IMG/VR virus record: IMGVR_UViG_3300012983_000001
Span: 32,001 to 96,000 of that record
DNA: 64,000 nucleotides
Strand: one strand, 5' to 3'
From: a virus
Lineage: Duplodnaviria; Caudoviricetes
The translations under genes were made by a program, and so were the position numbers. Of the stretch, positions 1 to 9,615 are shown piece by piece (position 1 is the stretch's first letter; every line of letters starts with the position of its first letter). The notes beneath the pieces are model-generated. The model did not search any database. It worked only from the letters and a program-made list of their open reading frames with translations, and was not told the origin of the DNA.

Positions 1-231
1 ACTGTAGCTGAAACCGAAGAGGCGGCAACTGAAGAAGAAGCTCCAGCAGTAGAAACTGAAGTTCCAGTAGAAGAAGCCGTTGCAGACCTTGCAAATCAGC
101 AGGAAGCTCCGTTTCCTGACATGAATTTACCTGAGGAAATGGTAGCTACACCAGAGCCACAGCCAGTTCAGGAAGAACAGGCAGTTGGAGCTGTTTTCCC
201 GATGTTTGATGAAGACGGAGGGTCATTCTAA
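1..231 (+). CDS. 3' end of an acidic, low-complexity protein (truncated by window start)
   Basis: Frame 1 is open from base 1 to TAA 229-231: TVAETEEAATEEEAP...AVFPMFDEDGGSF*; followed by a terminator hairpin. Confidence 0.8.
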   Translation, partial: TVAETEEAATEEEAPAVETEVPVEEAVADLANQQEAPFPDMNLPEEMVATPEPQPVQEEQAVGAVFPMFDEDGGSF

Positions 232-240
232 GAAGGAGTA

Positions 241-273
241 GGCAGGGAGTAACATCCCTGCCAATTTTATTTT
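241..273 (+). terminator. Rho-independent terminator
   Basis: GGCAGGGA-gtaaca-TCCCTGCC followed by AATTTTATTTT. Confidence 0.75.
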
Positions 274-528
274 ATGGCAAGACAATATACCTTAAGCCGT
301 GAGATGTATCGCGGTATCAAACAGATGAACGCAACAGAAATGGGTGCGTTCTTAGGTAGTGTATATGATGAAGGATTCGCAGCGGCGCTGAAGAATACCG
401 ATAACATTACTACCGAAGATTTACACAATGCCATTGGCACCGTTAAAGGTATTGGTGACAAACGAATGGCAGAGATTGATGATGCAATACGTAAACTATT
501 TGAGGAGAGAAGGAATGACCGTGGATAA
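274..528 (+). CDS. Small helix-hairpin-helix DNA-binding protein
   Basis: HhH motif GTVKGIGDKR in an 84-aa ORF. Confidence 0.6.
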   Translation: MARQYTLSREMYRGIKQMNATEMGAFLGSVYDEGFAAALKNTDNITTEDLHNAIGTVKGIGDKRMAEIDDAIRKLFEERRNDRG

Positions 529-1282
529 TACCATGATTATATCAGAGATGATACAGGAAGAATTATCTTCCAAAATTGTCAAGACTGAATCTGGTGATTA
601 TAAAGTGGTACTCAGGCCATCTGCAATTTCTAAATCATTAGAAGATAAATTATCTACTGATGATATTTCTGTTGGAATGAATGTCGTTTTACGACAAATG
701 AAATATTCCAATTTAATGTCTAATTTGCACAGTCAGTGTTGTAATATTAATTGTATTTCCAAGGATAAATGTGCCTTCCGTGCATTACCTAATGGCAATA
801 CGAATGCCGATGTTATGTTCATCAGTAAAATGCCGACAGATTATGAGGTAGCAACAATGACTAGTCATACAGACAGAGTGGGCGTATTACTATCCATGAT
901 TTTAAAGAAAATGAATGTATCACGAGATTCTATTTACTGTACAGATATGATTAAATGCAATACTCAGTTAGATGAGACATCTTATTATGAATGTATTCAC
1001 TCATATTTGGATAATGAGATAGAACATGTTGCACCAAAGGTCATTGTTTGTAATGGTTTATCTGTACTGAAAGCATGTAGTAGAACAGGTACATTAAAGA
1101 GCTTGCCAGTTGACGTAACTTATGGTAAGATATATGACGCAAGGACTGCATCAGATGTACCAGTAAAAGTTATTGCAGTATACGATTTAGATACTGTATT
1201 ACAAAAAACAGGTGACGACTATACAAAGTGTAAGTCGGAGCTCTGGAATCAGTTAGTATCTGCATTCCAAGCAACCATTTAG
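515..1282 (+). CDS. Family-4 uracil-DNA glycosylase-like protein with degenerate catalytic motifs
   Basis: NGNTNADVMF, LLSMILKKMNVSRDSIYCTDMIKC and YLDNEIEHVAPKVIV match the UDG-F4 scaffold; GEAPG and HP motifs absent; ATG 515 follows GGAG. Confidence 0.7.
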   Translation: MTVDNTMIISEMIQEELSSKIVKTESGDYKVVLRPSAISKSLEDKLSTDDISVGMNVVLRQMKYSNLMSNLHSQCCNINCISKDKCAFRALPNGNTNADVMFISKMPTDYEVATMTSHTDRVGVLLSMILKKMNVSRDSIYCTDMIKCNTQLDETSYYECIHSYLDNEIEHVAPKVIVCNGLSVLKACSRTGTLKSLPVDVTYGKIYDARTASDVPVKVIAVYDLDTVLQKTGDDYTKCKSELWNQLVSAFQATI

Positions 1283-1297
1283 AAAGGACGAAAGGCT

Positions 1298-1486
1298 TTG
1301 GTAAGATATATTATTGAAAAAACCATTTGTGATGATTATGCTCACGGGCATTTTACCTTAATGGGTGACAATGGTAAACCAAAAACATTCACTACTGAAA
1401 GCGAAGCAATGAATTTCTTGAAGGATTCGGGCGTTTCTGAACAAGAAATCGCAAAGCTTTATAATATCAAACCATATGTAATCTAG
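1298..1486 (+). CDS. Hypothetical protein
   Basis: ORF with GAAAGG RBS and TTG start. Confidence 0.65.
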   Translation: MVRYIIEKTICDDYAHGHFTLMGDNGKPKTFTTESEAMNFLKDSGVSEQEIAKLYNIKPYVI

Positions 1487-1496
1487 GAGGTGCAAC

Positions 1497-1805
1497 ATGG
1501 ATACAAGCAAGATTCGTATTAACGGCGCAAGAGTGCTCGTTAAAGAAGAAAAGCTTAGTGCAGCAACAGAGTCTGGTATTATTATGCCAGGTAGAGACAA
1601 GCAACAGACCAACAAAGGTACGGTATTAGTTGTTGGTGATGGTGCGTTACTTGAGAACGGTACAAAAGTACCAGTGGCCGTAAAGGTAGGAGAAACAGTT
1701 ATTTATTCCAGCTTTAGCGGTTCACCTATCAAACAGGATGAAAAAGATGAGGATACATATCTTATCTTAAATGAAAGAGACATCCTCTGTGTAGTCGAAG
1801 ACTAG
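1497..1805 (+). CDS. groES: Co-chaperonin GroES
   Basis: RVLVK, TESGIIMP mobile loop, G.VLVVGDG, VKVGETVI, YLILNERDIL. Confidence 0.95.
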   Translation: MDTSKIRINGARVLVKEEKLSAATESGIIMPGRDKQQTNKGTVLVVGDGALLENGTKVPVAVKVGETVIYSSFSGSPIKQDEKDEDTYLILNERDILCVVED

Positions 1806-1809
1806 TGAG

Positions 1810-1837
1810 GAGCCCTGCGGTAAGCGGGGCTCTTTTT
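1810..1837 (+). terminator. Rho-independent terminator
   Basis: GAGCCCTGC-ggtaa-GCGGGGCTC-TTTTT. Confidence 0.85.
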
Positions 1838-1853
1838 CGTTTCTGGAGGTTAT

Positions 1854-2159
1854 ATGGATTACATTATTAAACGAAGCGTTATTCAGATAAAGGATACCGC
1901 TGAATATACGCTCGTATCATTGGAGCAAGGGTATCCTACTATTCAAGATGCGATTGAAGCATTGGATAAGCTTTGGAAAGCAGACAAAGCTATGTATCGT
2001 TTAGCAATACAAGAAGCACCAGTTAATACATTTTGTGATGATTGTCACGATAATGCGTCTTATATGTTCCGTATCGGCAATGTTGTTATTGAAGGAGAAC
2101 TGGTTGACGCTAAACGTTACGCACGCAATATTTTTGGACTTGAGGAGGTAAAACAATGA
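1854..2159 (+). CDS. Hypothetical protein
   Basis: GGAGG RBS; 101-aa ORF containing CDDC. Confidence 0.7.
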   Translation: MDYIIKRSVIQIKDTAEYTLVSLEQGYPTIQDAIEALDKLWKADKAMYRLAIQEAPVNTFCDDCHDNASYMFRIGNVVIEGELVDAKRYARNIFGLEEVKQ

Positions 2160-2359
2160 AACTTACCGATAACTATTTAAAGAACATATGTAAGATTGGA
2201 CAAGGAAAGGCTTGTTGTCGTTATCTTACATGTTCAGCAGATGGTTTTAAGTGTGAAAAGCTTGGCCCCTTAAAAGGTGTTCTTGACAGTCGAGTAATGT
2301 ATATGACTGCTCAAGGAGATAACTGTGAAGGAGTTGATAATCGTGAAAAAACGCATTGA
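2156..2359 (+). CDS. Small Cys-rich hypothetical phage protein
   Basis: CKIGQGKACCRYL; ATGA overlap with the upstream gene. Confidence 0.7.
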   Translation: MKLTDNYLKNICKIGQGKACCRYLTCSADGFKCEKLGPLKGVLDSRVMYMTAQGDNCEGVDNREKTH

Positions 2360-2531
2360 TGAATTTCTCTATCGTTATATAGTTACAGTTCTTATAGTGT
2401 TCGGATTACGTTATCCCATTGCTTTATTGAAGCCAGTTACATTAACAGACATTGCAACAACATGTATTACTGTTCTTATTGTAAATTGCTTACAGGAGGT
2501 GTTTCGCAAACATGATGATAAAAATAACTGA
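2325..2531 (+). CDS. Small membrane protein
   Basis: Two hydrophobic segments; GGAG RBS. Confidence 0.55.
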   Translation: MKELIIVKKRIDEFLYRYIVTVLIVFGLRYPIALLKPVTLTDIATTCITVLIVNCLQEVFRKHDDKNN

Positions 2532-3261
2532 AAAGTGCTCTATGGGCTGTACACACTGTATGAACTGTGCAACACCAGAAGGTCAGCATATGGACTTCGA
2601 TACTTTTATGAAAGCAATTGCTTTTCAAAAGCGGTATGGAGGTTCTTTTTGTTTGATAACGGGTGGAGAACCAACAGAGCATCCTGCATTTGCTTTTTTC
2701 TTAGGATATGCAGTTAAGGCATTGCCATATTGTTTTATTACGGTTGCCACGAATGGATTATGGTTAATGGAAAACTGTGATATCGTACAATCTATTTGTA
2801 AGCATCATGGTGACAGGATTTTATTCCAGGTAACCAACGACCCTAGATATTATCCAATACCATTAGATACTACGCATCCTGTTTTTCAGCTGGACAACGT
2901 AATGTTGTGCGATGAGGTGCCACAGATATATCCGCAGGGTAGAGCTCTTGAAAATAATTTACCGTGGACCGCAAAGGCGTGTAAATGTTTCAATATTCGT
3001 GCTATACCTCAGCAGATTCAAGTAAAGGCATTAGAGATAATAATATCTATGATGGCCCTTAAGGGTAAGTACTGCACGCCACATATTAGTATAGATGGGC
3101 ATATTAAACTTGGTGAAAGTGATTTATGTCCTAACTGTAGCCATATTGATAAGACAGGAGATGAAATCGTACAGGATATATTAAACTTTACATGTAGCGA
3201 TTGTAATCATGTTACATGCAATTTAAGCAAGGAACTTAGAAATCTGATAGGAGAAGAATAA
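2512..3261 (+). CDS. Radical SAM protein
   Basis: CSMGCTHC (CxxxCxxC), ITGGEPT, TNG, extra C-terminal Cys residues. Confidence 0.9.
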   Translation: MMIKITEKCSMGCTHCMNCATPEGQHMDFDTFMKAIAFQKRYGGSFCLITGGEPTEHPAFAFFLGYAVKALPYCFITVATNGLWLMENCDIVQSICKHHGDRILFQVTNDPRYYPIPLDTTHPVFQLDNVMLCDEVPQIYPQGRALENNLPWTAKACKCFNIRAIPQQIQVKALEIIISMMALKGKYCTPHISIDGHIKLGESDLCPNCSHIDKTGDEIVQDILNFTCSDCNHVTCNLSKELRNLIGEE

Positions 3262-3262
3262 G

Positions 3263-4033
3263 ATGAAATACAATGACGAAAAAGACTTGCAAAATTTTAA
3301 AAAACTGAATACGGCATCCTGGGATACAGTCAAAGACAGTGTATTTGTGAGATTGATGAACGAGAAGTACGTTAGTAAGTATAACGAGAATATTGCATAT
3401 GTTAAGTTCTTGGATTTGGCAATGACTTTTTCGGTTCAGGAGAAATCCAATGACACTATTCTGTCTCACATGATTACCAAAGACGATTTATCGAAATGGA
3501 ATGTTGACCTTGAAACAGTGCAACATATTGCCAAGCACAACACTGAATATGACAGAAAGAAACGCATTATGACATTTAAGCAAAGTGCATTAAAGAATAA
3601 CATAATGTACCCTCTATTGCAGGTTCCACAAGGATTGACAATGGGTGTTGGTGGAAATTCCGCGGCTGAGTGTGGCATTATTCAGGATGTGGACGAACAA
3701 ACAGGCAACAATAACATTATTGTTCTTTGTAACAAATATGATGTCTTTGGAGCCGCTTATATGACCATTCCAGAAGTATTGGAAGAAGTTTGGTCTCGTT
3801 TTAACGGCGAAAACTTTTACATTATCCCATTGTCTGTTCATCAGGTTATATGTGTAAGAAATAGTTATGTTACTCATGACAATGAAAAGCCAGTATATGA
3901 AGTTGAGGATGATTTACTGGACATGATAGAATCCTTTAATGATAGTAACAACAAGTCGTGGAAGGATATACTATCGTATAAAATTTATTATTATTTTGGT
4001 AATGATGGGAAGAAACTATTTCTCATCAAATAG
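3263..4033 (+). CDS. DUF5688-like protein
   Basis: FLDLAMTF, FGAAYM and FYIIPLSVHQVI motifs resemble DUF5688 of Lachnospiraceae elements. Confidence 0.65.
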   Translation: MKYNDEKDLQNFKKLNTASWDTVKDSVFVRLMNEKYVSKYNENIAYVKFLDLAMTFSVQEKSNDTILSHMITKDDLSKWNVDLETVQHIAKHNTEYDRKKRIMTFKQSALKNNIMYPLLQVPQGLTMGVGGNSAAECGIIQDVDEQTGNNNIIVLCNKYDVFGAAYMTIPEVLEEVWSRFNGENFYIIPLSVHQVICVRNSYVTHDNEKPVYEVEDDLLDMIESFNDSNNKSWKDILSYKIYYYFGNDGKKLFLIK

Positions 4034-4047
4034 AAAGGAGATTAGAT

Positions 4048-5244
4048 ATGTTTAGTATCAGTATCGAACAGCGAGTACTGATGAAGGCTTTAGAATACTT
4101 AGAGCCCACAGTCGGTAAAAACGCTACAGGTCAGGGCGATAACTGTCTCTGCATGAAAACGACTGGTAATGGTTCCGTGGAAATGTACACAACCAATACT
4201 ATCGAATTTACTAAATTAGAGGCGATTGTTGCTTTGGGCGGTAACACACAAGAAGTTGCACCACATGTTGACTTCAAGAGATTTAAAGCCATTATCAGTT
4301 CCATTCCAAGCCATGAGATAATTTCTTTAGAAGCACAAGTAAATGATTTGCTTATCAACTTTGCTCTAAAGAAAACTCCAATCAAGTTGGTTGGTTGTAC
4401 CAATGGTATGATGGCTTTACCGCAGAACCAGTTCCCATCTTCTACCATGGTAACGCTGAACAAAGATGCCATTAAGCAAGCAGTGGAAAACGTATGTAGT
4501 ATTGTAACTGAAAATTCTACAACGCCAATTTACAACTGTATGCGTATCTACACAAATGGTATGAATGCTGAAGTAACTGCACTGGATACCACTCATAAGC
4601 GTACATTTGCAAAGAACTGGTTGGCCACAGGTAATAATCCAAATCAGGAAATCTTACTTGAGGCAAATAAGTTCAAAAAGTCCATCAAGCTCTTTGAGGA
4701 TTATAACGAGTTAGAGTTCTATATGGACCAGAATATGGTTCGTGTAGACGGAACAGATATGGTAGCAAGTTATTATCAGAAGACTCAGGGTATGATTATG
4801 AATATCAGTTACTTCGCTAGACGTCTTGCTGGTGCGTTTCCTACTAATATCAGTGCTAACTTTACCAGTGCTCCACCAACAGAATATGTTGAAATCAACA
4901 GAGAAGAACTTGCAAACTGTTTTACACGTATCAAGGCTATTGAAGACCAGACAACAAACGGTCTTGTAGGCTTTGAAGTAAGTGGAAATGGTATTGCTGT
5001 CACTATGAATTCCGCTTACGGAAATATCGAAGACAATATCACTGCCGAGAACACTGTCTCAAGAACTTTCAAAACAGTGTTTAAATATGACAATCTTAAT
5101 GATATAATGAGAGTGATTGGTACTGATACATTCCAGTTAGGTGTCTTACCAAATCATCCAAACAATTATGTTGTTAAATCAAAGGGTAGCAATGATGTTA
5201 TGTTTACGGTTTCTGGAATGGTAAATGCGTCCGCTACCCCATAA
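4048..5244 (+). CDS. dnaN: DNA polymerase III beta sliding clamp (divergent)
   Basis: 398 aa, three-domain pattern, TALDTTHKR, ARRLAGAFP; next to dnaE. Confidence 0.75.
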   Translation: MFSISIEQRVLMKALEYLEPTVGKNATGQGDNCLCMKTTGNGSVEMYTTNTIEFTKLEAIVALGGNTQEVAPHVDFKRFKAIISSIPSHEIISLEAQVNDLLINFALKKTPIKLVGCTNGMMALPQNQFPSSTMVTLNKDAIKQAVENVCSIVTENSTTPIYNCMRIYTNGMNAEVTALDTTHKRTFAKNWLATGNNPNQEILLEANKFKKSIKLFEDYNELEFYMDQNMVRVDGTDMVASYYQKTQGMIMNISYFARRLAGAFPTNISANFTSAPPTEYVEINREELANCFTRIKAIEDQTTNGLVGFEVSGNGIAVTMNSAYGNIEDNITAENTVSRTFKTVFKYDNLNDIMRVIGTDTFQLGVLPNHPNNYVVKSKGSNDVMFTVSGMVNASATP

Positions 5245-5261
5245 GGAAAGGTGGAGGCTAA

Positions 5262-5789
5262 ATGGCAGCAAAGCGAACAATAGCTGTATTTGGACCCGAT
5301 AATACGTACTTAAGTCACTGTACGTGGCAGAGAGCCTTAGGATTACTAGAATCTGGTAGAGCCATAAGAATCAATGCCACTACAGTCAGACTGAAGCAAA
5401 CGAAAAAAGAACGGGTACAAAAAAAGCATAGTATTATTGCCGACTCTAAACGAATCTGCTATATTTGTAATAAGCGAATTCCAGACGAGGATATTGCAAC
5501 CATTGACCATATTATACCTAAGTCAAGAGATAGAAGGGCAGATACTTACAGCAATATGAAATGTTGCTGTACACGCTGTAATAATGATAAAGGAAACTTG
5601 ACACTATCTGAGTATGTTAAACACATCTCTGAGCATAGAGATGAGTATCCATACATAACAGATAAGAGATTAGGATATCTGGCAGGATTTGCAGAAATGT
5701 ACGAAGAAGAGTTCTATGCTAGGGCTCGTTTGAACATTAAACCACCATACAAGAATTCGCACAAAAAGAGGAGGAAGAAGCGGAAATGA
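5262..5789 (+). CDS. HNH endonuclease with RRXRR/PLMP-like N-terminal segment
   Basis: CYIC..TIDHIIPKS..NMKCCCTRCNNDK; overlaps dnaE start (ATGA). Confidence 0.85.
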   Translation: MAAKRTIAVFGPDNTYLSHCTWQRALGLLESGRAIRINATTVRLKQTKKERVQKKHSIIADSKRICYICNKRIPDEDIATIDHIIPKSRDRRADTYSNMKCCCTRCNNDKGNLTLSEYVKHISEHRDEYPYITDKRLGYLAGFAEMYEEEFYARARLNIKPPYKNSHKKRRKKRK

Positions 5790-8700
5790 TAGAATATGCT
5801 CATTTACATTGTCATACACGATACTCTATCCAAGATGCCATTCCAACCCATAAGGCGTATGTTGATGCTATTTATGAACAGAATCAGAATAGCATTGACT
5901 ATCACTGTATCGGCTTTGCCGCAACAGACCATGGAAACATGTTTGGTTTAGTTAAGCATTATAATGCTTGTGTTAATCCAGACCACAAGGAAAGGGCTAT
6001 CAAACCTCTATATGGATGTGAAGTATATCATTGTCTTGACGTTGATAACAATCCAAATGAAGATAGGTTTCATCTTCCATTGATTGCTGTTACGCAAGAA
6101 GGTTTGGCAAACCTATATCAGATAGTATCTCATGCAGGTACTCATGTTATACAGGGTAGGCAAAAGGCATTCCCTGTAACGGATTTGAAATTTATGCAAC
6201 AACACGGTAAGGGTATTGTTGCGTTAACCGCATGTGTAGGCGGTATCGTGCCGCATTGCATCTTAAATGGTCAAGACGTAGATGCGGTGAAATATATTGA
6301 CACGCTTGCAAATATCTTTGATGATGTGTATCTTGAAGTACAGCCTCATGATTTTCCAGAACAGTTACTTGTAAACAGTGCATTGGTTGATATTGCACAA
6401 AGAACAGGGTATAAGTTAGTAATGACTGCTGATAGTCATTATATCAATCAGGGTGACAGTCAGTATCACAACATCTTAAAGAACATGTGTCATCAAAAGG
6501 TATTTACAACTAACAATCGTTTGTTTACACCAGAAGAAATGGAAGAATATTGTCTCAAGTATGGCATTCCCACCGAATGTATTAGCAATACAGCAGAGAT
6601 TGCCAACTTAGCAGATGTTAATCCAAAACCGAAAGACCATCGAGCATTATTGCCAGTCTTTCCATGTCCGCCTGGATATGATGAAGCATCTTATCTTCGT
6701 AAGTTATCGTATGAAAAACTTCAGGAAAAGATAATCAAGAATAAGATTGACAATCCTGTTAAATATCTTAAACAGATTACTTATGAACTTGATGTTATCT
6801 GTAATGCAGGATTTGCAGGCTATTTCTTAATCTTGTGGGACTGGTTCAAGTGGTGTAGAGATAACGATATTTTGTGTGGACCAGGTAGAGGTTCTGCCGC
6901 TGGTAGTGCTGTATCTTATGTTTTGAACATCACTAAGGTAGACCCTATTAAACATGGCTTTTTCTTTGAGCGTTTCTTGAACGCAGGAAGACTTGAGTTC
7001 CCCGATATTGATACCGATATTCCGCGTAGTCGTAGAGCTGATGCCATTAAGTATCTGTTAGGCAAATACGGAGTACGAAACGTTAGCCAGATAATCACTT
7101 TTCAGGAATATAAGCTTAAGAATACAATCAAAGCTATTATGTCGTTCTTAGGTTGTTCATTCCAAGAAGCAAACGAAGTAACCAGAGACATTCCAGATAT
7201 TGTCGACGGCCATACTGTTACGTATGAATTGATTGAAGATGTAAGTAACAATCCAGACAATGATAAATATGCAACCATGTCTGACCGTGAAAAACAAGGA
7301 CTGAAGAAGAACTATGATAAACTGCAAGAGATATTTCAGAAATATCCTGTTGTTTATGCTGGTATTCAGAACATCTGTGGTTGCTTATCCAGTACTGGCA
7401 TTCACGCTGGTGGCGTTGTAATATCTAACAAGCCAATCAACGAAAACGCAGCAATTATTGACGGAGGAGATACTGCTGTTCTTCCGCTTATTCAGTTTGA
7501 GATGGCAGACTTAGATTTCTTTGGTTTTCTTAAGATTGACGTATTGGGATTAAAGACTCTGGACGTTATCAAAGAAACCATGGATTTAGCAGGACTGGGT
7601 TACGACTGGTATGATTCTGAAGATTATAGTGACGCCGCAGTATACGATATGTTACGTGCAGGCGAAACCACTGATATATTTCAGATGTCCAGTTATACAC
7701 CGACTGCTATGTTGGCAGACTTTGATGTGCGAGACATTGACGGTATATGTGCGGTAAACGCTGGTAACCGTCCTGGCCCACTAGAGAAAGATTTAAAAAC
7801 AGGCAAGTCAATGGTTGATTTGTATGTCGAACGAAAGAAAACTGGTGTTATTGACAGTTGGCATCCAGATATCGACCCTATTCTTAAAGATACTATGGGT
7901 TGTATTTGGTATCAGGAACACTGTATTAAGATTGGTCAGGTTATGGCTGGTTATGACCTTGGTAGTGCGGATTTACGTATTCGTAAACCATTGGGTAAAA
8001 AGCTCAAGAAAAAGATTCCAGAGATTCGAAATGAATTTATCTATGGTAAGCAATCTGAATATGATGAAGACCATAATGTAACTGGTGTTAAAGACGAAGC
8101 GTCTCAGTATTGCGTTGGAAGTTTAGCCAGAGGTTATTCACAAGAATTATCTGAAAAGGTTTTTGAATCCATGGAGGCATTTGCAAAGTATGCATTTAAC
8201 CGTAGTCATGCGTTCTGTTATGCAGTAGTGGCATACAAGACTGCGTATTTGTCACTGCATCATCCAGCTGAATTTGCAACTGCAAACTGTACGGTTAATG
8301 AAGACCAGGAAAACGTTACAGCTACATTGTCTCTGGCAAAGAAACGTAAGATTGATGTATTACCGCCAGATATCAATCATTCTGGTATAGGATTTACCCT
8401 AGAGAACAATGCTATTCGTTATGGATTAAAGGCTATCAAAGGCGTTGGCACGTCTGTACTGAACTTTATTAGTGAGTATAAAAAGATAGACCCAGTTCCA
8501 TTCAAGAATTTTGATGACTACTATAATCGTATTCATGATAGTAACAACAATGCCGTTGCAACATTATTAAACAATCTTAGATTGCAGACTGGTAAAAACA
8601 GTCCGAATCCAATGAAAAAAGATGTTGAGGTTGCTTTAATCTTGTCTGGTGCGTTTGATTATTGTGAGCCAAACAGATATAAGCTTCTGAATCATTATCT

Positions 8701-9250
8701 TGTAGACATCAAGAAGGAAAAGGAAATCAAACTTATGGGTGCCGACAAGCCTACGGCATTGCCATTACCAGAAGCAGATTATAAGCGAAAAGTTAAACTT
8801 GCGCTTGAAAAGCATTATATGGGTAGTTATATTTCCGAACATCCATTAGACCCATTTCCATATGCAGATTTTGATTCTGCTCAAGAAAACGAAGTTATTC
8901 GTACAACTGGTATCGTAACAGGTATGGTCAGTAAGCTTACCAAGAAAGGTAAAGAATATATCACCATTAAGTTTAAAACGAAAGATGATGTAGAGCGTAC
9001 TGTTAATGTATTTGATACCGACTTATCTAGTACCTTAAAGAATGTAGTCAAGAAGAATCAGATTATCATTGTTAAGGGTAGGGTAAGTAAAAAATACAAT
9101 AACATCAATGCTTCTGATGTATCGCCTGTGGCATTCAAGAAGCAATCTATTGATACCGAGAATCTTGATATCGAGGATAGAACTAATGTTACACCAGTGA
9201 CAGATTTTACTCAGCCAGTGACTCCTGTTGAGTTCGGAAGTATCTTTTAA
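5786..9250 (+). CDS. dnaE: DNA polymerase III alpha subunit
   Basis: PHP HLHCHT..TDHG, GPGRGSAAGS, PDIDTD, KIDVLGL, YAFNRSH, C-terminal OB fold; no intein. Confidence 0.97.
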   Translation: MIEYAHLHCHTRYSIQDAIPTHKAYVDAIYEQNQNSIDYHCIGFAATDHGNMFGLVKHYNACVNPDHKERAIKPLYGCEVYHCLDVDNNPNEDRFHLPLIAVTQEGLANLYQIVSHAGTHVIQGRQKAFPVTDLKFMQQHGKGIVALTACVGGIVPHCILNGQDVDAVKYIDTLANIFDDVYLEVQPHDFPEQLLVNSALVDIAQRTGYKLVMTADSHYINQGDSQYHNILKNMCHQKVFTTNNRLFTPEEMEEYCLKYGIPTECISNTAEIANLADVNPKPKDHRALLPVFPCPPGYDEASYLRKLSYEKLQEKIIKNKIDNPVKYLKQITYELDVICNAGFAGYFLILWDWFKWCRDNDILCGPGRGSAAGSAVSYVLNITKVDPIKHGFFFERFLNAGRLEFPDIDTDIPRSRRADAIKYLLGKYGVRNVSQIITFQEYKLKNTIKAIMSFLGCSFQEANEVTRDIPDIVDGHTVTYELIEDVSNNPDNDKYATMSDREKQGLKKNYDKLQEIFQKYPVVYAGIQNICGCLSSTGIHAGGVVISNKPINENAAIIDGGDTAVLPLIQFEMADLDFFGFLKIDVLGLKTLDVIKETMDLAGLGYDWYDSEDYSDAAVYDMLRAGETTDIFQMSSYTPTAMLADFDVRDIDGICAVNAGNRPGPLEKDLKTGKSMVDLYVERKKTGVIDSWHPDIDPILKDTMGCIWYQEHCIKIGQVMAGYDLGSADLRIRKPLGKKLKKKIPEIRNEFIYGKQSEYDEDHNVTGVKDEASQYCVGSLARGYSQELSEKVFESMEAFAKYAFNRSHAFCYAVVAYKTAYLSLHHPAEFATANCTVNEDQENVTATLSLAKKRKIDVLPPDINHSGIGFTLENNAIRYGLKAIKGVGTSVLNFISEYKKIDPVPFKNFDDYYNRIHDSNNNAVATLLNNLRLQTGKNSPNPMKKDVEVALILSGAFDYCEPNRYKLLNHYLVDIKKEKEIKLMGADKPTALPLPEADYKRKVKLALEKHYMGSYISEHPLDPFPYADFDSAQENEVIRTTGIVTGMVSKLTKKGKEYITIKFKTKDDVERTVNVFDTDLSSTLKNVVKKNQIIIVKGRVSKKYNNINASDVSPVAFKKQSIDTENLDIEDRTNVTPVTDFTQPVTPVEFGSIF

Positions 9251-9251
9251 A

Positions 9252-9292
9252 TGTAACATCATATTGCACTTCTCCGCTATTTATTGTATAAT
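9252..9292 (+). promoter_or_regulatory. sigA-type promoter with dyad operator over the -35 element
   Basis: TTGCAC (9264-69), 17 bp, TATAAT (9287-92); TGTAAC-N5-ATTGCA dyad at 9252-9268. Confidence 0.75.
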
Positions 9293-9322
9293 AATAGTAT
9301 GTATAGAAAGGAGAAGTGCTTT

Positions 9323-9583
9323 ATGTTGAACGAGAATATTATGGGCTATATGCTAACTAATGCCTATAAAAAATCAACCATGTCACAGGAAAGAAACAAT
9401 GTAAAGGCAGACATCTCAGAAGAAGAGGCGTTGGAAATATACAACGAGATTCTGGATGTTTACAAGAAACACAATGTCTCTTATCAGTGTGCATGTAGGC
9501 TTAGCATTGCATTAAATGAAGCGTTCATGACAGGTGCAGTCGAGCTATACAGACAGGAACAACTCAATCCCTATCGGGATTAA
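9323..9583 (+). CDS. Hypothetical protein
   Basis: AAAGGAG RBS before ATG 9323. Confidence 0.7.
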   Translation: MLNENIMGYMLTNAYKKSTMSQERNNVKADISEEEALEIYNEILDVYKKHNVSYQCACRLSIALNEAFMTGAVELYRQEQLNPYRD

Positions 9584-9615
9584 AGGGCTATCATTAAAGA
9601 AAGGAAGTAGAAAAC

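Noticed and set aside
3209-3217. Extra ATGTTACAT/ATGTAACAT copies (also at about 60876)
   Set aside because: Inside coding sequence, without the TTGCA half-site or a -10 element; compatible with chance
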